Shown: positions 12,586-27,260, numbered from the stretch's first letter. The stretch is 64,000 nucleotides of DNA from Octopus vulgaris (GCA_951406725.2 OX597824.1:83762001-83826000); one strand, 5' to 3'. Notes: generated by a model from the letters alone, not told the origin. Numbers and translations are program-made.

Positions 12586-12980
12586 GGCGTAGGAGTGGCT
12601 GTGTGGTAAGTAGCTTGCTTACCAACCACATCGTTCTGGGTTCAGTCCCACTGCGTGGCACCTTAGGCAAGTGTCTTCTACTATAGCCTCGGGCCAACCA
12701 AAGCCTTGTGAGTGGATTTGGTAAACGGAAACTGAAAGAAGGCAGTTGTATATATGCATATATATATATGTATATATGTGTGTGTGTGTTTGTATCCCCA
12801 CCAATGCTTGACAACCGATACTGGTGTGTTTACGTCCCCATAACTTAGCAGTTCAGCAAAGAGACCGATAGAATAAGTACTAGGCTTACAAAGAATAAGT
12901 CCTGGGGTTGATTTGCTCGATTAAAGGCAGTGCTCCAGCATGGCCACAGTCAAATGACTGAAACAAGTAAAAGAGTAAAT
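12586..12980 (+). mobile_element. tRNA-headed SINE (family B) with internal (TA)/(TG) tract; related copies near 14955-15330-, 19868-20250+, 35290-35700-, 41870-42285-, 43365-43775-, 44990-45415-, 52685-53070+, 57150-57890-
   Basis: Head GGAGTGGCTGTGTGG...GGTTCAGTCCC, conserved body ending GTCAAATGACTGAAACAAGTAAAAG, repeated many times in the window. Confidence 0.8.
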
Positions 12981-14024
12981 CATAATTATTTTCGAAATTA
13001 AATGAAACAAAGACAAAAAAAATATGATAACAAAAGCGTTAAACCTTTCATGAAAGTTTGTACATATTTTCTTAATATTTCACTGTAGCATGAGGGAACT
13101 GCAATGTGAGGAACAAATATAGTTCACCTACCTCTCAGTATCAGCTGTCCAGCTGTGTTAAATACCTGTCTCGCCTATCACTAGTAGCTACTACTAAAGC
13201 CCTGTCTTGCTCTCGTATCCACATGTGTCCATTCGCCACCACTGCCTTGAGGCCAAAGAGGATCACACTGGTCTTGCTTCCTTCAGTTCGTCACGACTCC
13301 TCCTTCCCCTTCCAGTGGGGGCCGCCTCAGCTGTTGATGTCATTACCCTTTCCTTCCTGTTCACCTCATCCCCACATTCACCATGTTTTGTGCTGGACAT
13401 TTGATATCCAAGATCCATTGATGTTTCAAGCACTCTGCCAGTTTTATATTCTGGATATAATAAACTGAACAACGTTTTGTTTGTTATTTTATCCTAGAAT
13501 TATGGGAACTTTATTTTTTTATGCCCCTTCTTTTTCTACATCATTGTTGGTCTTTGAGCTGGCAGAAACGTTAGCACGCTGGGCGAAATGTGTAGCCATA
13601 TTTCATCTGCCGTTACGTTCAGAGTTCAAATTCCGCCGAGGTTGACTTTGCCTTTCATCCTTTTGGGGTCGATTAAATAAGTACCAGTTACGCATTGGGG
13701 TCAATATAATTGACTCAATCCGTTTGTCTGTCCTTGTTTGTCTGTCCTTGTTTGTCCTCTCTGTGTTTAGCCCCTTGTGGGCAAGTAAAGAAACAGGTCT
13801 TTAAAATCCTCTGGTTGCTGCTCATGAGAAGGTCCCCTTCACTAATCTGAAAAATTCTTGGTCTCTAATAATATTTTATTATGGTATCTGATATTTGCTT
13901 TATAGCTTCTTCCTCTCCTTCCTCCTCTTCTGCCCCAAGTTACAATTTAAGTACACCATTTCAGCAATAAAATTTCATTATATTATTCATACACTCATAA
14001 ATATAAGTGAATATATATCAATAC

Positions 14025-14745
<721 letters not shown>

Positions 14746-15360
14746 TCGTTCTAATCATGTGATTGTTGTAATCCACAATTAAAGATGTTCTCAATATTGA
14801 AAACAGTGTAGGTGTGTTTTTATTAGATGTTTTCTTCCAGGTTTTTCCGAGACATTTTGCTTCTTGTCTCTCCAGATGAAAGTTGATTGATTTCCAGCCA
14901 GCCTATAACAAAACTTACTAATAAATATCCATTTATCAATTTAGCTTTATTCTTTTATTTGTCTCAGTCCTTTGACTGTGACCATGCTGGAGCACCGCCT
15001 TCAGTCGAGCAAATCGCCCCCCAGGACTTATTCTTTGTAAGCCTAGAACTTATTCTGTTAATCTCTTTTGCCGAACCACTATGTTACGGGGACGTAAACA
15101 CACCAGCATCGGTTGTCAAGTGATGTTGGGTAGCTGGGTGGGTGACAAACACAAACACACAAACATATACACACACATACTCATATATATATATGACAGG
15201 CTTCTTTCAGTTTCTGTCTACCAAGTCCCTTTACAAGGCTTTGGTCAGCCCAAGGCTGTGATAGAAAACCCTTTTCCCTTGTTCCATGCAGAACCATGAG
15301 GTTGAGAAATAAGCTTCTTATCACACATGTCTACATGCACACATATACACACACACATGC

Positions 15361-15541
<181 letters not shown>

Positions 15542-16645
15542 CATATAGTTAGATAGATAGATAGATAATGGATTTCTTTCAGATTCCATCTACCAAATTT
15601 ACTCACAAAGTATTGATTAGCCTAGAGTTATATTCAAAGTAGGGGTCCATTTGACTTTATTGCTATATAGTGTTTCCCAACAACCTCCACTCTCCTCTGC
15701 ACTAAACTATGTCCCTCTCAAAATTATACCTTAGAATAAGACTTCCAAAATCATAATTCTTCAATTTGTTTCAGAGTCTTGTAGTGGTAACATATTGAAT
15801 AAAACTGCATGGATATGATCACCTTGGGTGAACCCATAATGCAACTGAACCAACAGGATGCAACCTAATGCAACACTCAATGATATCTATGCAGTAGAAA
15901 CACATGTCAGACATTTGCATTTATTATATGCGATTGTTCAATGTGTTCTTTCTGTGTTAAGAGAGTAGGATGTGATGGAGGGACATTTGCTCCTATTTCT
16001 AGCAGTTCATTGGAGCGCATAGAGACTTCTTTGTTGGTTTGAACTTTTGGTTGTAGTAGAGAATGGCATTGATAGTGGTAAGGAACGGTGTTGGCTGTAG
16101 CTGGGAATGGTATTGTTAGAGGTGTGCTTTTGTCCTTGTTATTTTTCTACTTCTGTGTCTCCCAACCACATGGTTTCAGATTTTGTCCCACTGAATGACA
16201 CCTTGGGCAGGTGTCTTCTGCTATGAAGACTGGGGGTGGATATGGTTGATTGAATCTGAAAGAATCCCACCATTATGTGTGTGTGTTTGTGTCTTTTTTT
16301 CTTGACATTGCATGATTGTTGTAATGAGTGTCACTGTCATACAAGCAGTGTCATTTATTTCTATTGTTCTGTAAAAACATTTGCCGTGGAGAAATATTTT
16401 CTATGAAGAAACTTTGCTTGGAAATGGGTGAGGGTTCCCACTATGGCATATGGCTGTAGAAAATCAGCCTTAGTAAATTTCATCTGACCCATGCAGGCAT
16501 GAAAAAGTGCATGTTAAAACAATGATGATGATTATGATGACAATGATGTGCCCTATTTAGAATTTGTCCTGTTGTAAATCACATTTAAGACTAGAAAATT
16601 ACTTATTCATTCTTATCTTATCTTTTCTATATTTCATTCTAACAG

Positions 16646-16870
16646 TGGACAGATGGCGTTGTAGCTAACACATTCCGAGAATTTGCATCAGCCGAAAATG
16701 AAGACCGAAAATGGGTTCTGTTCGATGGCCCCATTGACGCCCTCTGGATTGAAAACATGAATACTGTTTTAGACGACAACAAGAAACTGTGTTTGATGAG
16801 TGGAGAGATTATTCAGATGTCAGCGTCAATGAGTCTAATATTTGAGACGATGGACTTGGCACAAGCATCG
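16646..16870 (+). CDS. DNAH12: Dynein heavy chain exon 3 (AAA2 Walker B region); not in ORF track
   Basis: aacag|TGG; [15 protein letters not shown]...[38 protein letters not shown]...[10 protein letters not shown]; TCG|gtaaga; 225 nt. Confidence 0.96.
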
Positions 16871-16909
16871 GTAAGATGATAACTCAGCTTGCATTATATT
16901 GAAATGGGA

Positions 16910-18365
16910 ACGGCATCTTCTTGGCAGAAATGTTTCCATTCCAAATAAAATGCTTAGTGGCATTTCATCCAACTCTCTATATTCTGAGATCAAATGCCAC
17001 CATAGTGAACTTTACCTTTCCTCCTTTTGGGTGTTTTTGACTTAACCTGCTTCCCCTAAAGTTTTGCTTGCCTTGTGCCAAAATTTAAAAGAATTAATGG
17101 CAGCAAACTGGCAGAATCTTTAGTATGCCGAACAAAATGCATAGTGGTGTTTCTTCCAGCTTTACATTCTGAGTTCAAATACCTCCAAGGTGAACTCTAC
17201 CCTCCATCTTCTTGAGATCAATAAAACAAGTGCATAATTGAACATCGGGGTCAATATAATCAATTAGCTTCTGTTTTCCAAAATTTCAAGCCTTTAGCCT
17301 ATAGTCAGAAGAATTACGACTTAAGATGTCAAGCTGGTAGAAACATTAGCAGGTTGGACAAAATTCTGCTATTCATTTTATCCATATTTATGTTCTGAGT
17401 TCAAATTCTGCTGAGGTTGACTTTATCTTTCATCCTTTTAGGATTGATAAATTAAGTACCACTTGAGTACGGGGGTCAATCTTATTGACTAACCCCTCCC
17501 ACAAAATTTCAGGCCTTGTGCCTATAGTAGAAAGGTTTATAATGAAATGGGGAGAGTGGCAAACTGGCTGAATTGTCAGAATGTCATAGAACATGCTTAG
17601 TAGTATTTCTTCTAGCTCTTTATGTCTTGAGTTCAAATACCTCTCTGAGATCTTCTTAACCTTTCATCTTTGCAGAAGCTATAAAATAAGTATTTGCCCT
17701 CAAAATTACTGGCTTTGTGCTAAAATTAGAAAGAAAAAGTTATATTCTTTTCTACTCTAGGCACAAGGCCCGAAATTTTTTAGGAGAGGGACAGTTGATT
17801 AGATCAACCCCAGTATGCAATTGGTACTTAATTTATCGAACCTGAAAGAACGAAAGGCGAAGTTGACCTCAGCGGAATTTTAACTCAGAATGTAAAGACG
17901 GACGAAATACCTATTTCTTTGCTACCCACAAGGGGCTAAACACAAAGAAGACAAACAAGGACAGACAGATGGATTAAGTCGATGAAATTGACCCCAGTGT
18001 GTAACTGGTACTTATTTAATTGATCCCGAAAGGATGAAAGGCAAAGTCGATCTCGGCAGAATTTGAACTCAGAACGTAGCAGCAAACGAAATACCGCTAA
18101 ACATTTTGCCTGGCATGCTAATGTTTCTCCTAGCTCACTGCCTTAAAGAAAAAGTTATATTGAAATTGGAAAGGTGGTGAGCGGGACAATTGATTTGTGC
18201 ATCAGAAAAGCTTTAAGTATTTGCTGTGGCTCCTTATGTTTTGAGTTCAAATCCCATTGAAGTCAACTTTACTTTTCATCCTCCTGAGATCAATAAAATA
18301 AGGTACCAGTAGAGTACTGGGGTCATTGATATTGATTGAACTCCTCCCTTCAAAACTGTTTGCCT
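16910..18365. mobile_element. Cluster of family C SINEs in both orientations
   Basis: Repeated GCTGGCAGAA..GAGTTCAAATTC..GCCTTTCATCCTT units on +; minus copy at about 17750-18145. Confidence 0.75.
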
Positions 18366-19526
18366 CATTCCTATATTCATAATTTCTGAATCAGAAACTA
18401 TTATATTGAAATGGAAACTCATTCTTCCTTAGTGTTCTGTTTTTATTAACCATTGGAATATTTCTTGTTTGTTTCTATGAATTTTGTTTCAAAACATTCT
18501 AAAAATTATTTTTTCTGGTAGATGTATTTCGTGATTCTTATACCATTGTTTTGGTAAATACAGCGAAAGCTGTTTTGCTGATGAGGTGAGAATAAGAACG
18601 AAACATATATGCTGGTGAGGGCATGTGGTATAAGGAGTCAATAACCTAATGATTGTGATTTCAATTCTCAGATTGGGTGGTGCATTGCATTCTTGAGCAA
18701 AACACTTCATTTCACATTGCTCCAGTTCACTCAGAAGTAAATGAGAACCCCTGCGATGGATTGGTGTCCTGTTCGGAGGGTGGGGTGTTGAGGAGGTTGT
18801 GGTCTCAGTCATTTAGATGCCACAGAAAATAGGTAAATGGCTGTATGCATCCTTGGACTTGTGACAATAGGCGTCCAGGGGCTAATGATGATATATGCTG
18901 TTGTGTCCTGCCGGTCATGGTGAGATTTGAACTTGGAATGCATTGATCCAAATTAGATACAAAGCACATGTTCTGTTCTAATGTGTCCATCAGTTCACAG
19001 CCTTAAAGTAGTTCTTTATTTATTTATTTATTGATCCTCCTCTTCTTCTCCCCCTTCACTAAAACGGTTGTTAATGAGATTTTAATTTTACAAATCATTA
19101 ACTTCTTCTTTAGAGATGAAAACTACACAATGTTTTTGATTAGTTTGATCTCCAATCATTATTGCCATCAGCAGCAACAGCAGCAGCATCATCAACTTCA
19201 TCATCATCATCAACATCACAACCACCACCGTCATCATTATCACCATCATCAGCAGCAATAGCTTTGTTATCCTCACGACTACCATCACTACCATCACCAT
19301 CATCATCACTATCATCACCATTTTTATCATCAGCAGCAACAGCATAGTTATCATTATCACCATCATCATCATCATCATCACCATCACCACCACCACCATC
19401 ATCATCACTATCATCACCGTTTTTATCATCAGCAGCAACAGCATAATTATCATTATCACCATCATCTTCATCATCATCACCACCACCACAACCATCACCA
19501 CCACCACCACCACCACCACCACCACC

Positions 19527-19560
<34 letters not shown>

Positions 19561-20539
19561 CCACCATTTGAACCTGGGAAATTTATAAAAATTGCTGTGT
19601 ACAAAATCTAGTGTAGATGTAAATTCTGAAACCATTTTTTCCATCTAGAAAATATAAGATTTAATTAATCTGAAAAATCATAATCTTAAACAAACATTTT
19701 TAAAAATTACTTTCTTAGATAATAACATTGTAGTTTTGAAAATTTTTTCCCCATCACAAATTAATACATTGACTTTGACTCCTGTTTGTCTCCTTTTTTT
19801 GTATTTAATTTTCCTTTCTTTGCTCATAATTTAGCCAGGATATATTAATTTTTTAACTGATATCTATAGTGGCAAGTAGCTTGCTAACCAACCACATGGT
19901 TTCGGGTTCAGTCCCACTGCGTGGCATCTTGGGCAAGTGTCTTCTGCTATAACCCCGGGCCGACCAATGCCTTGTGAGTGGATTTGGTAGACGGAAACTG
20001 AAAGAAGCCTGTCGTATATATATATATGTATGTATGTGTGTGTCTGTGTTTGTCCCCCTAGCATTGTTTGACAACCGATGCTGGTGTGTTTACGTCCCTG
20101 TCACTTAGCAGTTCAGCAAAAGAGACCGATAGAATAAGTACCGGGCTTACAAAGAATAAGTCCTGGGGGTCGATTAGCTTGACTAAAGGCGGTGCTCCAG
20201 CATGGCCGCAGTCAAATGACTGAAACAAGTAAAAGAGAGTAAAAGAGAGAATTGTTTATTATTGTTATTATATGAATATCCAACATTTGGTAATTTCAGG
20301 CAAATTTCTACTGTATCACTTGTTATACTTTAATGTTATTGCAGTATGTGCAGCAAGGTATGTTCTTTTCTGTTGTTGGGAATGAACAAACTCTTCCTGG
20401 TATTATATTGCATCAGTTTCTTTTCTCTTGGGCTGTTGTGCAGTCTTTTGCTGTATTACAGCTGGTATTGTGTGTTGAGTGTATAATGCATTGGTTAATT
20501 GGATTGCTGGTGGAAGTTTATTTCACTGGATAATTGTTG

Positions 20540-20801
20540 TATAGAGTGTGTCTTGTATTTGTGGTTTGTTTTGCTTAGGTTGTATTATTTAATTGATAGT
20601 GATTGTGTAGGATGTGGGCTGTTCCTAGCAAGGTTATTTTTTGGATAGTGTGTAGTGTTTAGGATCCAGGTACAGCTTCTGTGTTTTTGTTCATATGTTT
20701 TTTTTTATCATGTCCAATGCTCCAATTATTATTGGTATTGTTTTCAGCTTCATGCTATTCATCTTGAATACTTCAGTTTCGAGGTCTTTGTACTTCGACA
20801 A

Positions 20802-20810
<9 letters not shown>
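20540..20810 (-). mobile_element. RLE-type LINE 3' fragment
   Basis: KLSKYKDLETEV..TIPIIIGALDMIKK..QKITLLGTAHIL. Confidence 0.75.
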
Positions 20811-20834
<24 letters not shown>

Positions 20835-21220
20835 CTTCTTCTTCTTCTTCTTCTTCTGCTTCTTCTTCTTCTTCTTCTTCTTCTTCTTCTTCTTCTTCTT
20901 CTTCTTCTTTCTCCTCATCCTCTTCTCCCTCTTCTTTCTCTTCCTCCTTCCCCCTTCTTCCTCCTCTTCTTTCTCCCCCTCTTCTTCTTTCTCCTCCTCC
21001 TGTTCTTCTTTCTCCCCTCTTCTTCTTTCTCCTCCTCCTCCTTTTCTTCTTTCTCCCCCTCTTCTTCTTTCTCCCCTCTTCTTTTTATCCTCCTCCTTCA
21101 TCTCCTCCTTCCTCTCCCCTCCTTCCTCTCCTCCTTCCTCTCCCCTCCTTCCTCTCCCCTCCTTCTTCCTCCACCGCCTCCCCCTCTTCTTTTTCTCCTG
21201 CATCTCCTCTCCCCCTCCTC

Positions 21221-21270
<50 letters not shown>

Positions 21271-21427
21271 GTATATGTGTGTGTGTGTGTATAAACATAT
21301 ATATGGTAAATGGACATTAAATGACAGTGATGAAGATGATTACATACACACACTCACACACACATACAGTTATTTTATGAAATTCTTACCAAATTGCAAT
21401 ATCTACTAAAGAATCTATTTCTTCCAG

Positions 21428-21610
21428 CCTGCAACAGTAAGCCGATGCGGAATGATATATATGGAACCAATGAGCCTTGGTTGGCGCCCACTTGTCCAAT
21501 CATGGATAGCAGCATTCCACGGACCAATGTCTACAGAGAGAGAACTAATTAACCTCATGTTTCAATGGTTGGTTGACCCGTGTGTAGAATTTATCCACAA
21601 AAAGTGTAAA
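21428..21610 (+). CDS. DNAH12: Dynein heavy chain exon 4
   Basis: ccag|CCT; PATVSRCGMIYMEPMSLGWRPLVQSW...FQWLVDPCVEFIHKKCK; AAA|gtaaat; 183 nt. Confidence 0.94.
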
Positions 21611-22220
21611 GTAAATAACATTTTTTCCAAAATTTTCTGTTCCTTTAGGGAAGTCCTTCATGTTTGTTGGTCTGTTGAATAAAGGATTCAGCAGAGAATG
21701 TGGGATTTTATTGTTAGCAGCTTTACATACTGAGTTCACACTGTGCTCTTGAGACAGGGATATTTGGCAGAATGTATGTCCATATCAAGTGAGCTTTCAG
21801 CATTTCACTGTAGCTAAGAATTATTCCTGCTTGTACCATTTTGGCAACACTGTCTGCCAATGCTGTTTAATTTGTGCTCTATGTGTCTGATGCATAACGG
21901 CCTCTTAGAGAAACTTCGAAAAGTGATGTTAACACTGATTAAATAATGCAACACTTTAGGCTGTAAATCTACAATTGCTTAGATTCAATCCATCTTCACA
22001 GGAATTATAATAGCCAAAAGATAACACACGCCATATCATCATCAACATCATCGTTTAACGTCTGCTTTCCATGCTAGCATGGCTTGGACGATTTGACTGA
22101 GGACTGGCAAGCCACATGGCTGCACCAGGCTCCAATCTGATCTGGCAGAGTTTCTACAGCTGGATGCCCTTCCTAACGTCAACCACCCCGAGAGTGTAGT
22201 GGGTGTTTTTACATGCCACA

Positions 22221-22276
<56 letters not shown>

Positions 22277-22575
22277 ATATATGTATGTATATGTATGTAT
22301 ATATATATGTATGTATATATATGTATATATATATATGTATGTATATATAATGTACTGCTACATTATTTATAGTATCAACAAAAAAGTACTTTATACAATG
22401 AGAGATTAAAATCATTTAATAAACATGGAATTTAAATGCAAATTACGATAATTTCATGTGTCTGAAAATACAGTGGCTGGACAAGAAAAGCAGGCTCAGT
22501 CCACCAGCTGCTGATTAGAAATGAGTAATTCTGATTACTGGAAATTGGAGCCTTTCAGTTATTATAATGTATTAA

Positions 22576-22806
22576 CCCTTTCATTACTGTATTTATTTTG
22601 AGATACTCTCTGTTTCTTTCAATTACTTTAAATATAACAAAGGATTTAGTAAATTAACTTAGTTATCATTCAGCTAGTGTTAAGAACATAAATTGTTAGG
22701 TTTGTTAGTGTTAGGTTTGGTGGAAGATTTTAATTCAGAACTTATGAAAACAAAACATTTGTACTCAGAGCCAGAGCCGGTTTCAGTTCAGTTGGTAATG
22801 AAAGGG
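22576..22806. mobile_element. piggyBac-type MITE
   Basis: TTAA on both sides; perfect 12-bp TIR CCCTTTCATTAC/GTAATGAAAGGG. Confidence 0.85.
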
Positions 22807-22946
22807 TTAAATACATACTCAACAAGTAGTTTAATAATTTCTTGAAGCTAAAATGACACCACAAGCTGTTACTCAGAGTTCCATGTAACTGATCATTAGA
22901 CAGCCATGAATATTTAGAGTATTTAAAACAATATTATGGTTTTTAA

Positions 22947-23360
22947 GAATGTCCTGTCAGTGGTTATTTCCTGATCAAAGGAGTTGTTTATATGGCTAAG
23001 ATCCAGATCAGTAATAACCCTACATATAAAATTTACATCATAGCCATAGAAAACAACTTCAAAATGAGATTTTATCTATGCAAGAATTCATATAAAAACC
23101 CTGAAAAATGTCACGAACATTTATCAGACCATGTATGGCAAGTAAAATAAACTGCTTCTATCACTTTTCAAACTCCAGTGGTATATCTTAGGAAAAGTAA
23201 ACTCATATAGGCATGGATCCTACTGTTATTCTATGAAATACCTATTTTGCTTAAGCGAAAAATATTTTATCTTTTATTGAGATAAAACTGCATCGAATCA
23301 TAAATCTGAGCTTTTGAATAGTTGCAGACATTCTTCAAAGTTCCTGGCTTCGAAGCCTTT
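22947..23360 (+). mobile_element. Decayed PLE GIY-YIG endonuclease domain
   Basis: ECPVSG..GVVYMAKI..IYI..ENNFKMRFY..LSDHVWQVK..WYILGK..CLSEKYFI..NHKSELLNSCRHSSKF. Confidence 0.8.
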
Positions 23361-23539
23361 GCCACTGAAATGATTAACAATGTTTACAGTTTGGAGCATA
23401 ACTTTGAAGTTGTTGGATACTTTCCCATATTTTATAATACTGCATTTTTATAATCCTGAATTGTTTCATTCCAATTATCACATTTGACTTACTGTTTTTT
23501 ATGCTTTCTTCTTTCCATATGAACCTTTATTCACCAATA

Positions 23540-24071
23540 TATATATATATATATATAAACGGCAGTTTGTCAGTCTGTGTGTCTGTGTGTCTGTCAGGTT
23601 GTACCCTCACCCTGACCACAGCTTTCAACCGATTCTGATGAAACTTGACACACACATAGCCCAATGTCATAATTCAAAACTAACGCAGGGAAAATTTTGA
23701 AAAGTTCCCCCAGTTCTGAAAAAAATCGATAAATTCGACATGGGGTCGAGAATCTAAGCTTTTTATATGCAACACATTTTCTGTTGTAGTTTTCGCAACT
23801 TGCAATCGATTTTCACCAAACTCATGGTGAAGCTTAATGTTACCCCAAGAAACTTAATTCTAACGTTAGTTTTCCATGCAATACCTTACCATCAGAAAAA
23901 ATCGATAAAATCATGCCAATTTAGGAAATCACGTTCAAATTCAAGATGACATATTTTCGACAATATCTTTCACAAATTGGCAGGAAATTAGAGGGAAAGG
24001 ACAAGATTGGGATTAGTCGTTGCCTACTAGGGGCTCTTACATACCCGGGCAACGCCGGGCTATGCTGCTAG
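23540..24071 (+). mobile_element. Non-autonomous Helitron
   Basis: 3' hairpin CCCGGGCAACGCCGGG then CTAG|T; ends shared with 38622-39004. Confidence 0.7.
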
Positions 24072-24669
24072 TATATATATATATGCTTCAAATGTGTTTA
24101 TTATATTGTTTAATACACATTATAGTATATTATTGTATCTTATTTTATATTATCACTCGCATTTTATTATTCCTATTGCAAACTGATTTTTTTTTCTATA
24201 CATCCCTAAGCACAAACATTTTTTTATTGGTTTCAGCCAATGCTCTTTTATACAATTAACTCTATACCTTTCTAATTTCTTTATCTATTGTATGCTTTCT
24301 AACAGCTTCCTTCCCGATTACCTATAGTAATCTGTTACATTTAGCTATTTAGATAAAGCAGTTAAGGATATGAGTACAGGGAAAGCCCTTAGTCCATCAG
24401 AAATTATTGGTAAAGGCAGTGAGCTGGCAGAAACATTAGCATGCCGGGCGAAAGGCTTAGCGGTATTTCGTCTGCGGTTACATTCTGAGTTCAAATTCCG
24501 CCGAGGTCGACTTTGCCTTTCATCCTTTTGAGGTCGATTAAATAAGTACCAGTTATACACTGGAGTCGATATAATCAACTTAATCTGTTTGTCTGTCCTT
24601 GTTTGTCCCCTCTGTGTGTAGCTCCTTGTGGGCAGTAAAGAAATAACAAATTATCGGTAAAATGCTTAA

Positions 24670-24910
24670 AATATCTGGCAGAGTGAGATACAGACTAGTT
24701 ACACATATAGTTGATCAGGTTGTACAAAAAGGTTTTATACCCAGTGATTGGTGTAGTAACATTATAGTAAACTGTTATAAGAGTAAAGAAGATGCCTTAG
24801 AGAAGAGCAACTACAGAGGTATGAAATTGCTGAACTAGATCTCAAAAATTCAAGCTCAACTAATTAGGAAGAGAGTTAACCTAGAAGAGATGTATTTTGG
24901 TTTTGCATGT
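24670..24910 (+). mobile_element. Decayed RTE LINE RT fragment
   Basis: DWCSNIIVNCYK..DALEKSNYRGMKLL..QLIRKRVNLEEMYFGF. Confidence 0.65.
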
Positions 24911-25089
24911 TATATCCCAAAAGGGTAGCCACATTGAGTGATAAATGTTAATTTAAAATTCATATCTGTCTACTACCATTATTTTAGTATTTATAACCAG
25001 TTCTATGCATTGTAAAAATTGTTTCAAATTTACCTGCAAGACCCTGTATCCTCATCATCATTATCATCATTTAATGTCTGCTTTCCATG

Positions 25090-25168
<79 letters not shown>

Positions 25169-25433
25169 TGGCACGTAAAAAGCACCCACTACACTCACGG
25201 AATGGTTGGTGTTAGGAAGGGCATCCAGCTGTAGAAACATTGCCAGATAAGACCGGAGCCTGGTGCAGCCTTCTGGTTTCCCAGATCCTCGGTCGAACCG
25301 TCCAACCCATGCTAGCATGGAGAACGGACGTTTAACGATGATGATGATGATGATGATATATATATACATATATACATGATAGATCGTTAGCCACTACACA
25401 TATTTTTTTCTCACCTTGTTTTTTTCTGTGTCC

Positions 25434-25469
25434 CTTTCTGTAGAAGAGCGTAGGCTCGAAACGTAAAAG
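25434..25469 (+). ncRNA. Hammerhead-like motif with variant core CUGUAGAA
   Basis: CTTT CTGTAGAA GAGC GTAG GCTC GAAA CG TA AAAG; within an approx. 190-bp dispersed repeat (25380-25562). Confidence 0.5.
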
Positions 25470-25723
25470 ACTTTTTCTATTCCTGAGCATTATACTAATA
25501 CATCTGTTTGTTTTGTACACCACCTGTCTTCGTCTTTTGTTTTTTTTTTTCGTAAACTCTCCTTATATATATATAAATTATGAGTTAGCAGTTATGCAAT
25601 CGTCTAAGGGATAAATGTATCCATAGGCACTCCTGGTGTATTACCTAACTATGTATAGGCCTTGCTGTAAGGTTAACAGTAGTTAGTAATTTAAATGGTA
25701 AACTGTAGTTTAATATACTCAGT

Positions 25724-25883
25724 TAAGAAAAGAAATGAGCAACAATTAACAATTAGAAGTTGATCGTTGGTATTAAGTGGTCAGTTTAATTATAGTTAAA
25801 ATAATTAACTATCATTAAACTATGACCATTTGATACCAATGATCAACTTCTAATTGTTAAATGTTGCTCCATTTCTTTTCTTA
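25724..25883. repeat. Inverted repeat with approx. 75-bp arms
   Basis: TAAGAAAAGAAAT..ATAGTTAA / TTAACTAT..ATTTCTTTTCTTA around a 5-nt loop. Confidence 0.9.
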
Positions 25884-27038
25884 TCTATCTATCTATCATC
25901 ATCATCATCGTCATCGTTTAACGTCCGTTTTCCATGCTAACATGGGTTGGCCGGTTCGACCAGGGTCTGGGAAGCCAGGAGGCTGCACCAGGCTCCAGTC
26001 TGATCTGGCAGTGGTTTCTACAGCTGGATGCCCTTCCTAACGCCAACCACTCTGTAAGTGTTGTGGGTGCTTTTTATGTACCACCGGCACAGGGGCCAGG
26101 GGAGGCTGGCAACAGCCACAATCGGCTGGTGCTTTTTACGTGCCATGCACACACACACATATATTCACATACGTGGGGCTTCCTTCAGTCTCCATTCACC
26201 AAATCCATTCACAAGGCTTTGGTTGGCCCTGAACTTTAGTAGAAGACACCTGCCACTGTAGGACTGAATCTGAAAAGATATGGCTGGGAAGCAAACTTCT
26301 TAACCTTGCTGCTATGCCTGCATTCATAATGACTGAAGTATAAATATCAATGACATGAGCAAGGAGGGAATTGATTGTCTTAGCAGTGTAATACTACTAA
26401 AACGATCTGCTTTGATGTAATTTCAAATGTTTTTTAAATCCCATGTTACTCTTTGTAACTTCAATCACTCTGCTGGTACTGAAAAGGAATAAAACAACTT
26501 TTGGTTGTGGAGAAAACATTTCCTAATTTATGCGTGGGTGTGGTAATTTGCATATTGGTAGTTTTTGAGAATTATTAAAAATTTACCAAAATGTGTTGCT
26601 GTGCTAATTTGCACATTGGTATTATTTGAGTTATTAAAAATTAATATGAAATGTTTAAAATCATAAAAATCAATATAGCAAATGATATCAATATGAAATA
26701 TCCCTGAATGTCTGCAATAAGTTGCTTATAATTTGGCTGCAGTTTTTCAGACTATTGAATATTAAATTCGTGTTTACAGATGAAAGTAAAACAGCAGAAA
26801 CTAGTATTAACCTGTATTAACAAATGGTTAACTACAAAAATATTCACAGAGAAGAATAAATTTGAGTAAAATAAATTTAGCGATGATAATTTGTTTGTCT
26901 TTGCCAAAAGGTTAATTGTCTGAAAACTTATAACCGTATTGCATTGTATAAAAGATCTATAGGAGTATTAAACCCACCCCAATTCAAAAAAAAAAAGAAG
27001 AAAAAATTCATGGAAAGGAGAAATTTTTAGTTCATTAA

Positions 27039-27260
27039 CTCTTTTGATACCAACCTGGCTGAAACCGCCTCTGGCTCTGTAGTACAAATGTCTTGTTTTC
27101 ATAAGTTTTGTATGAAAATCTTCTACCAAACCTCAGTCACATTTTATGTTCCTAACACTAGCTTAATGATAACTAAGTTACTTTACTAAATTCTTTGTTA
27201 TATTTAAAATTAATTGAAAGAAATGCAGAGCATCTCAAAATAAATACAGTAACAAAAGGG
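27039..27260. mobile_element. piggyBac-type MITE, inverted relative to the 22576 copy
   Basis: TTAA flanks at 27035-27038 and 27261-27264; degenerate TIRs; body is the reverse complement of 22576-22806. Confidence 0.8.

Noticed and set aside
22947-23360. Selenocysteine-coding TGA in a Naiad-like endonuclease
   Set aside because: The TGA is not at a conserved Cys position and the fragment also has TAA stops and frameshifts.
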